A stretch of 51,376 nt of DNA. Source: Rhodobacterales bacterium UBA3080. GTDB lineage: Bacteria; Pseudomonadota; Alphaproteobacteria; Rhodobacterales; Rhodobacteraceae. Under the pieces are notes generated by a model. It did not search any database, had not been told where the DNA came from, and saw only the letters and a program-made list of their open reading frames with translations. Shown in pieces: positions 21,025 to 30,634 of the stretch; the stretch's first letter is position 1, and every line of letters starts with the position of its first letter. Both the position numbers and the translations under genes were made by a program. Where the stretch lies: NCBI GenBank assembly GCA_002366645.1, contig DFBM01000090.1:1-51376 (forward strand), given 5' to 3'.

Positions 21025-22182
21025 TTATTCTTCCAAAAGTTGCCGGAGAACCGCATTTAATACCGGTTTGCCTTTGGATGTCGCCTTCAAATTGGAATTC
21101 TCAAGCGATACAAACCGTTCTTCGAGTAAGTAATTCAATCCGTCCGAATTTAAGGGCGCACCATTTAACGCAGCAAATCGGTCCAAATCGGTTCCCTCGG
21201 CTAATCGCAGAGACATCATCAGATACTCGCTAGCCTGATCCGGCTTTGTAACTTCTTCGGAACTTTTTCGACCCCACCCGTTTTGAGCAACAGCATTTAG
21301 CCATTGGTCCGGATTCTCGAATGTTTCCGTCGCATACTTTTTGCCTTCAACAGTCGTTCGCCCGTGCGCCCCAGGTCCAATCCCGACGTAGTCACCATAC
21401 CGCCAGTATATCAGATTATGTCGGCTCTCGGCTCCGGCACGGGCGTGGTTAGATGTTTCATAAGCGGATAAGCCCAGACGTTCGCAAACCTCTTGTGTTC
21501 GAAAATACATATCCGATGCTAGATCGTCGTTTGGAAGGTTCCGAAGCTTTCCGCGTGCATATAGGTCGCCAAACCTCGTGCCTTCTTCAATGGTCAGTTG
21601 GTAGAGCGAGAGGTGGTCGACAGCCATATCAATCGCCTCAACCAATTCCGCCTCCCATTCATCTACTGTTTGGCCTTGTCTTGCGTAAATGAGGTCAAAA
21701 CTAACGCGATCGAACTGTTTTCTGGCGATATCAAAAGCGGCACGCGCCTCGGCAACGGAGTGCATTCGGCCGAGAGCTTTCAAATCCGCGTCCCGTAGCG
21801 ACTGTATCCCCATCGACACTCGGTTTACGCCCGCATCGGCGTATCCGGCGAACCGACCAGCTTCGACTGACGTTGGATTTGCCTCCAGCGATATTTCGGT
21901 GGTTTTTGGTAGCGTCCAAACTTTGCCAATTTCTTCGATTACTGCGGCAACAGTTTCCGGAGGCATTAAACTTGGTGTGCCGCCGCCAAAGAAAATGGTG
22001 TCCACTCGCCTATCGGGGATTTCCGACGCGCTGCGCCGGATATCGACAAGCAACGCCTCGCGCCACTTATCTTGATCTATTTCACGTGAAACATGGCTGT
22101 TGAAGTCGCAGTAGGGGCATTTGTGCATGCAAAATGGCCAATGAACATAGACCCCAAAGCCAGCATCTTGCCAGTCTTCCAT
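21025..22182 (-). CDS. hemW: radical SAM heme chaperone HemW
   Basis: YVHWPFCMHKCPYCDFN, FGGGTPS, EANP, S.HNL.YW, G.GPGAHG; lies in the rph-rdgB operon. Confidence 0.93.
   Translation of the reverse strand: MEDWQDAGFGVYVHWPFCMHKCPYCDFNSHVSREIDQDKWREALLVDIRRSASEIPDRRVDTIFFGGGTPSLMPPETVAAVIEEIGKVWTLPKTTEISLEANPTSVEAGRFAGYADAGVNRVSMGIQSLRDADLKALGRMHSVAEARAAFDIARKQFDRVSFDLIYARQGQTVDEWEAELVEAIDMAVDHLSLYQLTIEEGTRFGDLYARGKLRNLPNDDLASDMYFRTQEVCERLGLSAYETSNHARAGAESRHNLIYWRYGDYVGIGPGAHGRTTVEGKKYATETFENPDQWLNAVAQNGWGRKSSEEVTKPDQASEYLMMSLRLAEGTDLDRFAALNGAPLNSDGLNYLLEERFVSLENSNLKATSKGKPVLNAVLRQLLEE
22078..22093. promoter_or_regulatory. parS: parS site (15/16) inside hemW
   Basis: TATTTCACGTGAAACA; on the minus strand it encodes HVSREI. 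Confidence 0.82.
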
Positions 22183-22184
22183 AT

Positions 22185-22568
22185 TCAGCCTTTAAACGCT
22201 GTAACTTCGATTTCAACAAGCATTTCAGGCTTGATAAGTCCTGCAATCACCATCGTTGCAGCTGGACGGATTTCGCTGAATGCCTCGCCAAGCGCCGGGA
22301 TAAGTTCATCAACGAGATCAACATCGGTTACAGTGTACTGAACCCGAACGATGTCGGACATTTCAAAACCGGCGGACTCAAGAACGCCCGCAATTGTTCG
22401 GAAACAGTTGCGCGCCTGATCTGCTATACCCGATGGCATTTCCATCGTCTCGTAATCGTAGCCGGTTACGCCCGAAACAAAGCACCATCCGCCTTTAACG
22501 ATTGCGCGGCTGTATCCCATGGTATTTTCGAACGGGGATCCGGTTGAAATACGTGTTGCGTGGCTCAT
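22185..22568 (-). CDS. RidA/YjgF/UK114-family protein
   Basis: GYSRA, FVSGVTG, IRPAATM...LI.PEM.VEIEVTA. Confidence 0.92.
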   Translation of the reverse strand: MSHATRISTGSPFENTMGYSRAIVKGGWCFVSGVTGYDYETMEMPSGIADQARNCFRTIAGVLESAGFEMSDIVRVQYTVTDVDLVDELIPALGEAFSEIRPAATMVIAGLIKPEMLVEIEVTAFKG

Positions 22569-23173
22569 TCAAAACATCCTTTTACCAGCTTGTTAAAGGC
22601 ATCCGCTCGATGGCTGATTTTATTCTTTTCCCATCGGTCCATTTCGCCGAATGTTATGTCGTAACCATCCGGCATGAACATAGGATCAAAGCCGTGACCC
22701 TCTTCACCGCGCATTGGCCAGACGCATTGGCCATCAATCTTGCCCTCGAACACTTCGTCATGACCATCGGGCCACGCTAAAACCAAAGTGCTGCAAAACC
22801 GGGCGGTGCGCGGGGCAGGGGCATTTAACGCCTCAAGCTTCTCCCAAACTTTTGTCATCGCCATCGGAAAATTGCGACCCCCGGGGGTTTCGGACCAGTC
22901 GGCCGTATAAACGCCCGGTGCGCCGCCTAAGGCGTCGACCTCGATACCACTGTCGTCCGCCAATGCAGGCAATCCACTGGCTTTGGCGGCGGCATGCGCC
23001 TTGATCCGTGCGTTACCGACAAAGTTATCCTCGGTCTCTTCCGGTTCCGGCAACCCAAGTTCCGCATTTGACATAATTTCGATACCGTAAGGTTCAAGCA
23101 GCCGGATAATTTCCTCCAGCTTGCCCTTGTTATGGGTCGCAACAAGCAACTTGGGTTCGGTAAACTTTCGCAT
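22565..23173 (-). CDS. rdgB: dITP/XTP pyrophosphatase (HAM1 family)
   Basis: ATHNKGKL.E, ADDSG, GFDP.F, KN.ISHR. Confidence 0.96.
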   Translation of the reverse strand: MRKFTEPKLLVATHNKGKLEEIIRLLEPYGIEIMSNAELGLPEPEETEDNFVGNARIKAHAAAKASGLPALADDSGIEVDALGGAPGVYTADWSETPGGRNFPMAMTKVWEKLEALNAPAPRTARFCSTLVLAWPDGHDEVFEGKIDGQCVWPMRGEEGHGFDPMFMPDGYDITFGEMDRWEKNKISHRADAFNKLVKGCFE

Positions 23174-23886
23174 CAGGCGATTGCAGCTTTCTGTGCTGTA
23201 ACCAGCTCCCCAATGCCTTTTTCAGCCAAATCCATCAGCGTGTTGAATTCGTCGCGCGAGAATGTGGCCCCTTCGGCTGAACCCTGAATTTCAACAAGTC
23301 CACCAGCACCCGTTAAAACGAAGTTTGCATCTGTACCCGCGTCGCTATCTTCGAGATAATCGAGGTCTAGCACCGGCTGCCCACCATAAATACCACATGA
23401 AACAGCGGCGATGTGGTCTGTCAGCGGGTTTTCTTTGATGTCGCCAGCCTTGAGTAGTTTATCAACCGCCAAACGTAACGCGACCCAACCGCCTGTGATC
23501 GCAGCACAGCGTGTGCCGCCGTCAGCCTGTATAACGTCGCAGTCAACAGTAATTTGACGCTCGCCCAAAGCGACACGGTCAACGCCCGCACGAAGGCTGC
23601 GGCCAATCAGGCGCTGGATTTCCTGCGTGCGACCCGACTGCTTGCCAGCCGTCGCTTCACGGCGCATCCGCGAACCGGTCGAGCGCGGCAACATCCCGTA
23701 TTCTGCCGTAACCCAGCCAAGGCCAGAGTTGCGCAGGAAAGGCGGCACGCGCTCTTCAAGCGACGCAGTACAAAGCACATGCGTGTCGCCACATTTGATC
23801 AGGCACGAGCCCTCGGCATGTTTGGTGACATTGGTTTCAATAACGATGTCACGCATAATGTCAGTATTACGGCCAGATGGGCGCAT
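23173..23886 (-). CDS. rph: ribonuclease PH
   Basis: [44 protein letters not shown]. Confidence 0.98.
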   Translation of the reverse strand: MRPSGRNTDIMRDIVIETNVTKHAEGSCLIKCGDTHVLCTASLEERVPPFLRNSGLGWVTAEYGMLPRSTGSRMRREATAGKQSGRTQEIQRLIGRSLRAGVDRVALGERQITVDCDVIQADGGTRCAAITGGWVALRLAVDKLLKAGDIKENPLTDHIAAVSCGIYGGQPVLDLDYLEDSDAGTDANFVLTGAGGLVEIQGSAEGATFSRDEFNTLMDLAEKGIGELVTAQKAAIA

Positions 23887-24006
23887 GGAAGCCTCCGTTG
23901 GGTTAGGTTTTCCAGCGTCTTAAACAAAGACCGGCCTTGCGTCCATCCTTGCGATTGACCCTTTCTATCGGAATGCATAGTTTCATGTGAACCTAGGTGC
24001 CCGATC

Positions 24007-25068
24007 ATGACCATTGCCACCCCACTTTCCGACCTCAACAACCGTAGCCGCGAGGTTTTCCGGCAAGTGGTCGAGTCTTATCTTGCGACGGGTGATCCGG
24101 TCGGCTCGAAAACTTTGACCGAAGCCCTAACGGAAAAGGTTTCACCCGCTACTGTCCGGAATGTGATGCAGGACCTGGAGCAGCTTGGCTTGCTGGATTC
24201 ACCGCATAGTTCCGCCGGCCGCATTCCAACACAAGTCGGATTGCGGATGTTTGTCGACGGGCTGCTGGAGGTAGGTTCCGTTTCGGGTTCGGAGCGGACC
24301 GAAATCGAACGATCGCTCGATTCAAATGAGCCCGATATCGGCGGACTTTTGAGCAAAGCCGGTTTGATGTTGTCAGGGCTAACTCAAGGGGCGAGTCTGG
24401 TTTTAACGCCAAAAACAGAATCTCCGATCAAGCATCTGGAGTTTGTCGCCCTTTCGCTGGACCGCGCGTTGGTAGTTTTGGTTACCGCGGATGGTCAGGT
24501 GGAAAACCGTTTGTTTACGCCGCCGATGGGTCTGACCCCTTCGGCGATGCGCGAGGCAGCAAATTTTCTGAACACGATCCTGGAAGGCCACACCGTTTCG
24601 CAGATGCAAAGCGTTGTCGCGCACGAAATCGAGCGCCACCGGCAGGAACTCGATAAGCTGTCCCAAAGTCTGATCGAAGACGGCTTGGCGATCTGGGTCG
24701 ACGAACAAGATGGCCGAGACCGCCTGATTGTTCGTGGCCGCGCGAATCTTGTCGAAGAGGGAGCCTCTGAAATTGATTTGGAGCGCATCCGGCAGTTGTT
24801 TGACGACCTTGAACGCAAGCGCGATTTGGCACAATTGCTCGATTTGACCGAAGGCGGGGACGGAGTTCGGATTTTTATTGGCTCGGAGAACAAACTTTTC
24901 TCACTTTCGGGTTCCTCTTTGGTGGTTTCCCCTTATATGAACGCTGAGCGAAAAATTATTGGCGCTGTGGGCGTAATTGGACCGACCCGACTTAATTACG
25001 GGCGGATTGTTCCAATCGTTGACTATACGGCGCAACTGGTGGGCAGATTGGTGTCCCGCCGGACATGA
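24007..25068 (+). CDS. hrcA: heat-inducible transcription repressor HrcA
   Basis: PVGS.TL, SPATVRNVMQDLE, PH.SAGRIPT, VRIFIGSEN, GVIGPTRLNY. Confidence 0.97.
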   Translation: MTIATPLSDLNNRSREVFRQVVESYLATGDPVGSKTLTEALTEKVSPATVRNVMQDLEQLGLLDSPHSSAGRIPTQVGLRMFVDGLLEVGSVSGSERTEIERSLDSNEPDIGGLLSKAGLMLSGLTQGASLVLTPKTESPIKHLEFVALSLDRALVVLVTADGQVENRLFTPPMGLTPSAMREAANFLNTILEGHTVSQMQSVVAHEIERHRQELDKLSQSLIEDGLAIWVDEQDGRDRLIVRGRANLVEEGASEIDLERIRQLFDDLERKRDLAQLLDLTEGGDGVRIFIGSENKLFSLSGSSLVVSPYMNAERKIIGAVGVIGPTRLNYGRIVPIVDYTAQLVGRLVSRRT

Positions 25069-25084
25069 CAAAGAAGGCAAGTAA

Positions 25085-25666
25085 ATGACCGACGAAAAAG
25101 ATACTCCGTTTTTGGATGAAATCGACGAAATCGAGGATGATTTGGACCTGGAAGAAGATGTTCTTGCGGAGCCGGATCTGGAGGGCCTGATCAAAGAGCG
25201 GGACCAACTGAAGGACCGTCTTTTGCGAGCTTTTGCGGAAACTGAAAACCTTCGCAAGCGTGCCGAGCGGGACCGCCGGGATGCTGAAACCTATGGCGGT
25301 ACAAAACTGGCGCGTGATTTGCTGTCGGTTCAGGACAACCTTGGGCGTGCGCTTGATAACATCGACGACGATTTGCGCGAAAAGCATAAATCCTTGACCG
25401 AAGGGCTTGAGCTGACATTGCGCGAATTGCTTTCGGTGTTCGAGAAGCACAAAATTTTGAGTGTCGCGCCGGAAATTGGCGACAAATTCGACCCGAAAAT
25501 GCATCAGGCGATGTTTGAAGCACCCGTTCCGAACACAACCAAAGGCTCCATTATTCAGGTAATGGCTACCGGCTTTGCGATTGGTGACCGATTGTTGCGC
25601 GCCGCACAGGTTGGCGTTTCCTCCAACACGAGCAAACCCGAATCCACGGAAAAAGCAGAAGACTAA
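25085..25666 (+). CDS. grpE: nucleotide exchange factor GrpE
   Basis: AE.ENLRKR, DNL.RAL, FDP..HQAM, G..I.DRLLR.A.V.V. Confidence 0.96.
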   Translation: MTDEKDTPFLDEIDEIEDDLDLEEDVLAEPDLEGLIKERDQLKDRLLRAFAETENLRKRAERDRRDAETYGGTKLARDLLSVQDNLGRALDNIDDDLREKHKSLTEGLELTLRELLSVFEKHKILSVAPEIGDKFDPKMHQAMFEAPVPNTTKGSIIQVMATGFAIGDRLLRAAQVGVSSNTSKPESTEKAED

Positions 25667-26508
25667 CGTTTGGCTTTCTCGCCAGCGTTTATTTCCGGAA
25701 TCCCCAACGCGTCGGCGAGCCTTGCTTTTGCCGACCCCGGACGCAGCGGTTTTTGCTGCGTCTCGGACGGGGCCCAGCCAGTAAGAAACACGATCTCGAA
25801 AGTCGCGTTAATCCGACCATCCGGACCGGTGTAATTTTCCGAATAGATTTCCATCGCCCGCAACAAGGTTTTCCGCCGCATCGGCACCTTGCGTCGCGCG
25901 TACATCACGTTGGTTTCCCCCATCGCCCGCAGGTCTTGCATCAGGTGAAGGGGTGTTTGGTAGGTCACGTTTAATTTCACCGAATCCGCAACCGGTAGCG
26001 CCAATCCCGCACGTTGAATTAACCCGCCGAGATCGCGAATTTCCCCCATCGGGGCGATACGTGGGGACAGGCCGCCTTCAATTTCCGCTTCCGCTTCTGC
26101 CAGTGCCGTGCGCAGTTCATGCAAGGTTTGCCCGCCGAACATCACTGCTAACATCAGGCCGTCCGGTTTCAATGCGCGCCGCATTTGTACCAACTGACCC
26201 ACGGGGTCATTCGCCCAATGCAGCGCCATTCCATGAATTACCAAATCCAACGATGATTCGGCGAGATTCAACGTTTCCTGATCTGCAGCAGGTGAAAACC
26301 CCGGAAATCCGATGGTTTCGATCCATAAACCCGCTTTTGGACCGACGACGGCCGCGTCACGAAAGGTTTTATTAACCTCTTGCAGTCTTTCTGAGACTTG
26401 GTCGGCAACTTCGAGATGCAGGAAATTTCCTTTATCACCAAACCCGACCGCCCGCGCGCGGCGTAGGGCAAGCAATGAACGATCAAAAAGGTCCGGTGGT
26501 GTTTGCAT
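25663..26508 (-). CDS. SAM-dependent methyltransferase (NDUFAF5/BioC-like)
   Basis: LHWANDP.G.L, LKPDGL, TL.ELR, GG.SPR..P, QQKPLRPGSA..RLADAL; divergent from comF. Confidence 0.88.
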   Translation of the reverse strand: MQTPPDLFDRSLLALRRARAVGFGDKGNFLHLEVADQVSERLQEVNKTFRDAAVVGPKAGLWIETIGFPGFSPAADQETLNLAESSLDLVIHGMALHWANDPVGQLVQMRRALKPDGLMLAVMFGGQTLHELRTALAEAEAEIEGGLSPRIAPMGEIRDLGGLIQRAGLALPVADSVKLNVTYQTPLHLMQDLRAMGETNVMYARRKVPMRRKTLLRAMEIYSENYTGPDGRINATFEIVFLTGWAPSETQQKPLRPGSAKARLADALGIPEINAGEKAKR

Positions 26509-26564
26509 ATTATAAGATTCCTTTGACGAGACAGATAAACCGCATTGCCCACAAGGGAAAGGGC

Positions 26565-27275
26565 GTGTTGGAGGCGATTAGCGGCGTAGTTTATCCACCG
26601 CTATGTATGATATGTCGGGAGCCCACTGAATTAAGTGCCAGTCTATGTGGAGAATGTTGGTCGGAGACGAGCTTTATTGCGGGGTTGGTGTGCGATGCTT
26701 GCGGTACGCCGTTGCCCGGTGAAAATTGCGGTGCAGATATTCACTGTGACTCTTGTCTTAACGACCGGCCGTCATGGGATAGGGGGCGCGCAGCCGTGGT
26801 TTACAGCGGCGTTGGTCGGCGGGCGGTTCTTGGCCTTAAGCATGGTGATCGGTTGGATATGGGTAGGCCGTTGGCTGAGTGGATGGCGCGATCCGGTGCT
26901 CCTTTACTGAAAACAGCCGACATAATTGTGCCGGTTCCACTGCATTGGCGACGATTGGTGAAGCGGCGCTATAACCAGTCGGCCGAGTTGGCGCGGCACT
27001 TATCGGTTATTTCAGGAACGCCGCTGATACCGGACTTGTTGGTGCGCGATAAGGCAACCCCGTCGCAAGATGGCTTGAGCCGGATTGAGCGCCACGAAAA
27101 CCAGCTCGGGGTATTTTCACTGCACAAGCGCCGACCGATTGCAAAAAACATATTGCTGGTCGACGATGTAATGACAACGGGCGCTACGCTTTCCGCTTGC
27201 GCTGATACTTTGCGCGCAGCCGGCGCGGAACGAATTGACGCGCTTGTTCTTGCGCGCGTTGCGCGTGAGCAATGA
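26565..27275 (+). CDS. comF: ComF-family phosphoribosyltransferase with double zinc ribbon
   Basis: PPLC..C, further CxxC pairs, PVPLHW.R...R.YNQ, LLVDDVMTTGAT; GTG 26565 chosen as start. Confidence 0.9.
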   Translation: MLEAISGVVYPPLCMICREPTELSASLCGECWSETSFIAGLVCDACGTPLPGENCGADIHCDSCLNDRPSWDRGRAAVVYSGVGRRAVLGLKHGDRLDMGRPLAEWMARSGAPLLKTADIIVPVPLHWRRLVKRRYNQSAELARHLSVISGTPLIPDLLVRDKATPSQDGLSRIERHENQLGVFSLHKRRPIAKNILLVDDVMTTGATLSACADTLRAAGAERIDALVLARVAREQ

Positions 27276-27285
27276 AGCCCTATAT
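27259..27285 (+). promoter_or_regulatory. putative RpoH (sigma32) promoter for grxC
   Basis: TTG-N18-CTATAT spanning the comF stop, 30 nt upstream of the grxC ATG. Confidence 0.5.
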
Positions 27286-27315
27286 AAGGGCGAAACATTC
27301 TTACGGAGTACCGGC

Positions 27316-27573
27316 ATGAAACCCGTCGAAATATACACAACACCGATTTGCGGATTTTGTACCGCAGCAAAACGCCTTCTGGATAAGAAAGGCGTCGAAT
27401 ACACTGAATACAATGTGATGATGAATTCGGAAAAGCGCGCAGAGATGAATCAACGCAGCAATGGTGGTCGCACCGTGCCGCAAATCTTCATTGACGGTAA
27501 GCCAATTGGTGGTTGCGATGACCTGTTTGATCTCGAACATGATGACGTTCTTGATAAGCTTTTGGCCAGCTAA
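27316..27573 (+). CDS. grxC: glutaredoxin 3
   Basis: CGFC active site, TVPQIFI, IGGCDDL; GGAG SD. Confidence 0.95.
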   Translation: MKPVEIYTTPICGFCTAAKRLLDKKGVEYTEYNVMMNSEKRAEMNQRSNGGRTVPQIFIDGKPIGGCDDLFDLEHDDVLDKLLAS

Positions 27574-27576
27574 TCC

Positions 27577-28413
27577 ATGAAAGTTGCTCTGGTTCAGTTA
27601 ACTTCGAGTAATGATCCGAGCGCAAACCTGCAAAAAGTTGAAACGTTTATTCGCGAGGCCCATGCAGGTGGCGCGGAGTTTGTGCTGACACCAGAGACGA
27701 CCAACATCATTTCCTCAAACCGGAAGCAACAAGCCGAGGTATTGAATACCGAGGGTGATGACCCGTCTCTTGCCCGTCTGCGAGAACTGGCTTCGGAATT
27801 GGACATCTGGCTTTTGATCGGATCGCTCGGGATAAAAACCGGCGATACGGACGGGCGTTTCGCAAACCGTTCGTTTCTGATTTCTCCGGCGGGCGAAATT
27901 CAAGCGCGTTACGACAAGATTCATATGTTCGACGTGGATTTGGGCAATGGCGAGGTTTACCGCGAATCTTCGGCTTATCGTCCGGGTACGAAGGCGACGC
28001 TGGCCAAGACGGATATTGGCAACATCGGAATGACGATTTGCTACGATATGCGGTTTTCAACGCTTTATCGGCAGTTGGCGCAGGCAGGGGCGGAAATACT
28101 AACCGCTCCGGCGGCGTTTACCGTACCGACCGGCCGCGCACATTGGGAAACCTTGCTGCGGGCGAGGGCGATCGAAAACGGATGTTTTGTATTGGCGCCA
28201 GCGCAGGTTGGCACGCATGATTGTGGTGGGATTACGAAGCGAAAAACCTATGGCCACTCGCTGATCATTTCCCCTTGGGGCGAGGTTCTTGCCGATGGTG
28301 GCGAAACGGAAGGCGTGACTTTTGCCGACTTGGACCTTAACGATGTTAAGAAAGCACGCGCAAAGATACCGTCACTGCAACATGATCGCGAATTTGAACC
28401 GCCCGAGGCCTGA
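27577..28413 (+). CDS. carbon-nitrogen hydrolase (Nit1/deaminated-glutathione amidase type)
   Basis: TPE, YDKIHMFDV, ICYD.RF (E-K-C triad), HW..LLRARAIE, YGHS....PWG. Confidence 0.92.
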   Translation: MKVALVQLTSSNDPSANLQKVETFIREAHAGGAEFVLTPETTNIISSNRKQQAEVLNTEGDDPSLARLRELASELDIWLLIGSLGIKTGDTDGRFANRSFLISPAGEIQARYDKIHMFDVDLGNGEVYRESSAYRPGTKATLAKTDIGNIGMTICYDMRFSTLYRQLAQAGAEILTAPAAFTVPTGRAHWETLLRARAIENGCFVLAPAQVGTHDCGGITKRKTYGHSLIISPWGEVLADGGETEGVTFADLDLNDVKKARAKIPSLQHDREFEPPEA

Positions 28414-28862
28414 TGTCTGACAAATTAACAAACGACCCGCTTGCGATTGCACTGTTCGGTGAAATATCGGCGGTGGAACAAATGGCGCGGACCCGGTTTA
28501 GCCGGGCGTTGCCAAAGGGTATGGAGCTGTCGCATTTTACGGTTCTGAACCATTTCGCGCGGTTGGGTGGCGAGAAAACACCAGCGCAACTGGCACGGAT
28601 TTTCCATGTAACCAAAGGCGCGATGACGAATACGCTCTCCAAACTGGAATCAGCGGGCTATGTGCATATTAGACCGGATTGGGATGACGCGCGGCGGAAA
28701 TTTGTGTCGATCAGTCCGGCTGGGCATACTGCACGAGACGAAGCCGTGCGCGCGATCGCGCCGGTGTTTGACGATGCGGTCGAAAGCCTTGGCCAAGAAA
28801 AAATCCGCGCGGCTTTGCCAATCCTTAGAGATTTGCGGACGTTCTTGGCGAAAGACGGTTAA
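28413..28862 (+). CDS. MarR-family transcriptional regulator
   Basis: F.VLNH...TPAQLA..F.VTKGAMTN.L.KLE..G.V.IRP...D.R.K; start overlaps the upstream stop. Confidence 0.9.
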   Translation: MSDKLTNDPLAIALFGEISAVEQMARTRFSRALPKGMELSHFTVLNHFARLGGEKTPAQLARIFHVTKGAMTNTLSKLESAGYVHIRPDWDDARRKFVSISPAGHTARDEAVRAIAPVFDDAVESLGQEKIRAALPILRDLRTFLAKDG

Positions 28863-28864
28863 CG

Positions 28865-29617
28865 CTAGGTGGGCTTTACGCTGGCTGTCACGTAATTGAC
28901 GGATAAATCCCGATCCGAGATCGACCACGACCAAAGCAGCGGATTGAAAACAAAGCCTTTGCGGTCGACGGGGGTTAGGCCAGCGCCTGTGATCAGATCA
29001 AAAAGCTCGTCCGGCGTGATAAATTTATGCCACTCATGAGTGCCTTTTGGCAGCCAACGCATAATCACTTCGGCCCCGATGATCGAAGCCATATAACTTT
29101 TCGGGTTGCGGTTGATGGTCGAACATAACATCAGGCCACCCGGTTTTAGCAGTTGCTGGCAGGCCGTCAGATACCCTGACGGGTCGGCGACATGCTCGAT
29201 GACTTCCATATTTAGCACGACGTCGAACTGCTCGGTGGCCTCGGCCAAGGCCTCGGCGGTTGTATTGCGATAATCAATGTCGAGACCGGACTGCTTGGCG
29301 TGTACTTCTGCCACCGGAATGTTGCCGGCAGCCGCATCTGCACCAACCACAGTTGCACCCAATCGTGCCATAGGTTCGGACAAAAGACCGCCGCCACAGC
29401 CGATATCAAGTAGGCGCAAGCCCTCGAACGGGCGAATCGAGGCGGGATCACGACCGAACTCTGCACAAATCTGTTGCACGATGTATTCGAGCCGAATGGG
29501 GTTCATTTCGTGCAACGGCTTGAACTTCCCTTTAGGATCCCACCATTCGGCAGCCATGGCTTCGAACTTGGCGACCTCTGCGGGGTCTACAGTAACGGTT
29601 GTTTGCGTTGCACTCAT
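28865..29617 (-). CDS. ubiG: ubiquinone biosynthesis O-methyltransferase
   Basis: [40 protein letters not shown]. Confidence 0.97.
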   Translation of the reverse strand: MSATQTTVTVDPAEVAKFEAMAAEWWDPKGKFKPLHEMNPIRLEYIVQQICAEFGRDPASIRPFEGLRLLDIGCGGGLLSEPMARLGATVVGADAAAGNIPVAEVHAKQSGLDIDYRNTTAEALAEATEQFDVVLNMEVIEHVADPSGYLTACQQLLKPGGLMLCSTINRNPKSYMASIIGAEVIMRWLPKGTHEWHKFITPDELFDLITGAGLTPVDRKGFVFNPLLWSWSISDRDLSVNYVTASVKPT

Positions 29618-29665
29618 CTTTCCTACCTGCCATGTTGGGGCGAATATCTAACTAATAGAGCATAT

Positions 29666-30634
29666 ATGCTGGAACATGCGAGCCATAAAGACGCGAAAGC
29701 GCGTCGCACGCTTTACCCTGCACGCGACGCGTTTCATCAGCAAACGCTGGAGGTGTCCGGAGGGCACTCGATTTACGTCGAGCAATCAGGGCGCGAAGAC
29801 GGAGAGCCGGTAGTTGTTTTACACGGCGGACCAGGTGGCGGCTGTAGCCCTGCGATGCGCAGGTTCTTCGATCCGGACCGTTACCGTGTGATTTTGTTTG
29901 ATCAGCGTGGCTGTGGTAAATCCAGGCCGTATGCAAGTGTTGAAAAGAACACCACGTGGGATTTGATTGAAGACATCGAGGTTATTCGCGAGGCGTTGGG
30001 CATCCGAAAGTGGACAGTATTTGGTGGTTCATGGGGTGCAACGCTTTCGTTGCTGTATGCCCAGACACACCCCGCTTTTGTAAAAGCACTGGTTCTACGC
30101 GGTATTTTTACGATGACGCAAGCCGAGCTTGATTGGTTTTATGGTGGCGGAGCAGGGCAGTTCTGGCCCGAAGCGTGGACTGCTTTTTCAAATATGGTCG
30201 ACAAAGAAGAGCGAGGCGACCTGATCGAGGCTTATCGCAAGCGGCTGTTCGGGAAGATCGATGCTGATGTGATACGGTTTTCGCGCGCTTGGGCGGCTTG
30301 GGAGAATACGCTCGCGACACTCGATTCAAAAGGGCATGGGGGCAAGGTGCCAGCCTATTATGCCCGCGCGTTCTCGCGGATCGAAAACCACTATTTCACA
30401 AACAAAGGGTTTTTGCGCGAAGACAAACAGATTTTCGCCGATATGAACAAGATCAAGCATATTCCCGGGTACATTGTGCAAGGGCGGTACGATATGATTT
30501 GCCCACCGCATACGGCCCACTCCTTACACGCGTTGTGGCCAAAATCCGAGTTACGGCTGGTTCGGGCTGGTCACGCGATGTCCGAGCCCGCGATCGCGTC
30601 AGAACTGGTCGGTATTATGAACGAGCTGGCCTGA
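29666..30634 (+). CDS. pip: prolyl aminopeptidase
   Basis: HGGPGGG, FDQRGCG.S, GGSWG nucleophile, QGRYD, AGH. Confidence 0.95.
   Translation: MLEHASHKDAKARRTLYPARDAFHQQTLEVSGGHSIYVEQSGREDGEPVVVLHGGPGGGCSPAMRRFFDPDRYRVILFDQRGCGKSRPYASVEKNTTWDLIEDIEVIREALGIRKWTVFGGSWGATLSLLYAQTHPAFVKALVLRGIFTMTQAELDWFYGGGAGQFWPEAWTAFSNMVDKEERGDLIEAYRKRLFGKIDADVIRFSRAWAAWENTLATLDSKGHGGKVPAYYARAFSRIENHYFTNKGFLREDKQIFADMNKIKHIPGYIVQGRYDMICPPHTAHSLHALWPKSELRLVRAGHAMSEPAIASELVGIMNELA

Noticed and set aside
23887-25084. CIRCE element for HrcA
   Set aside because: No TTAGCACTC-N9-GAGTGCTAA match seen upstream of hrcA or grpE.
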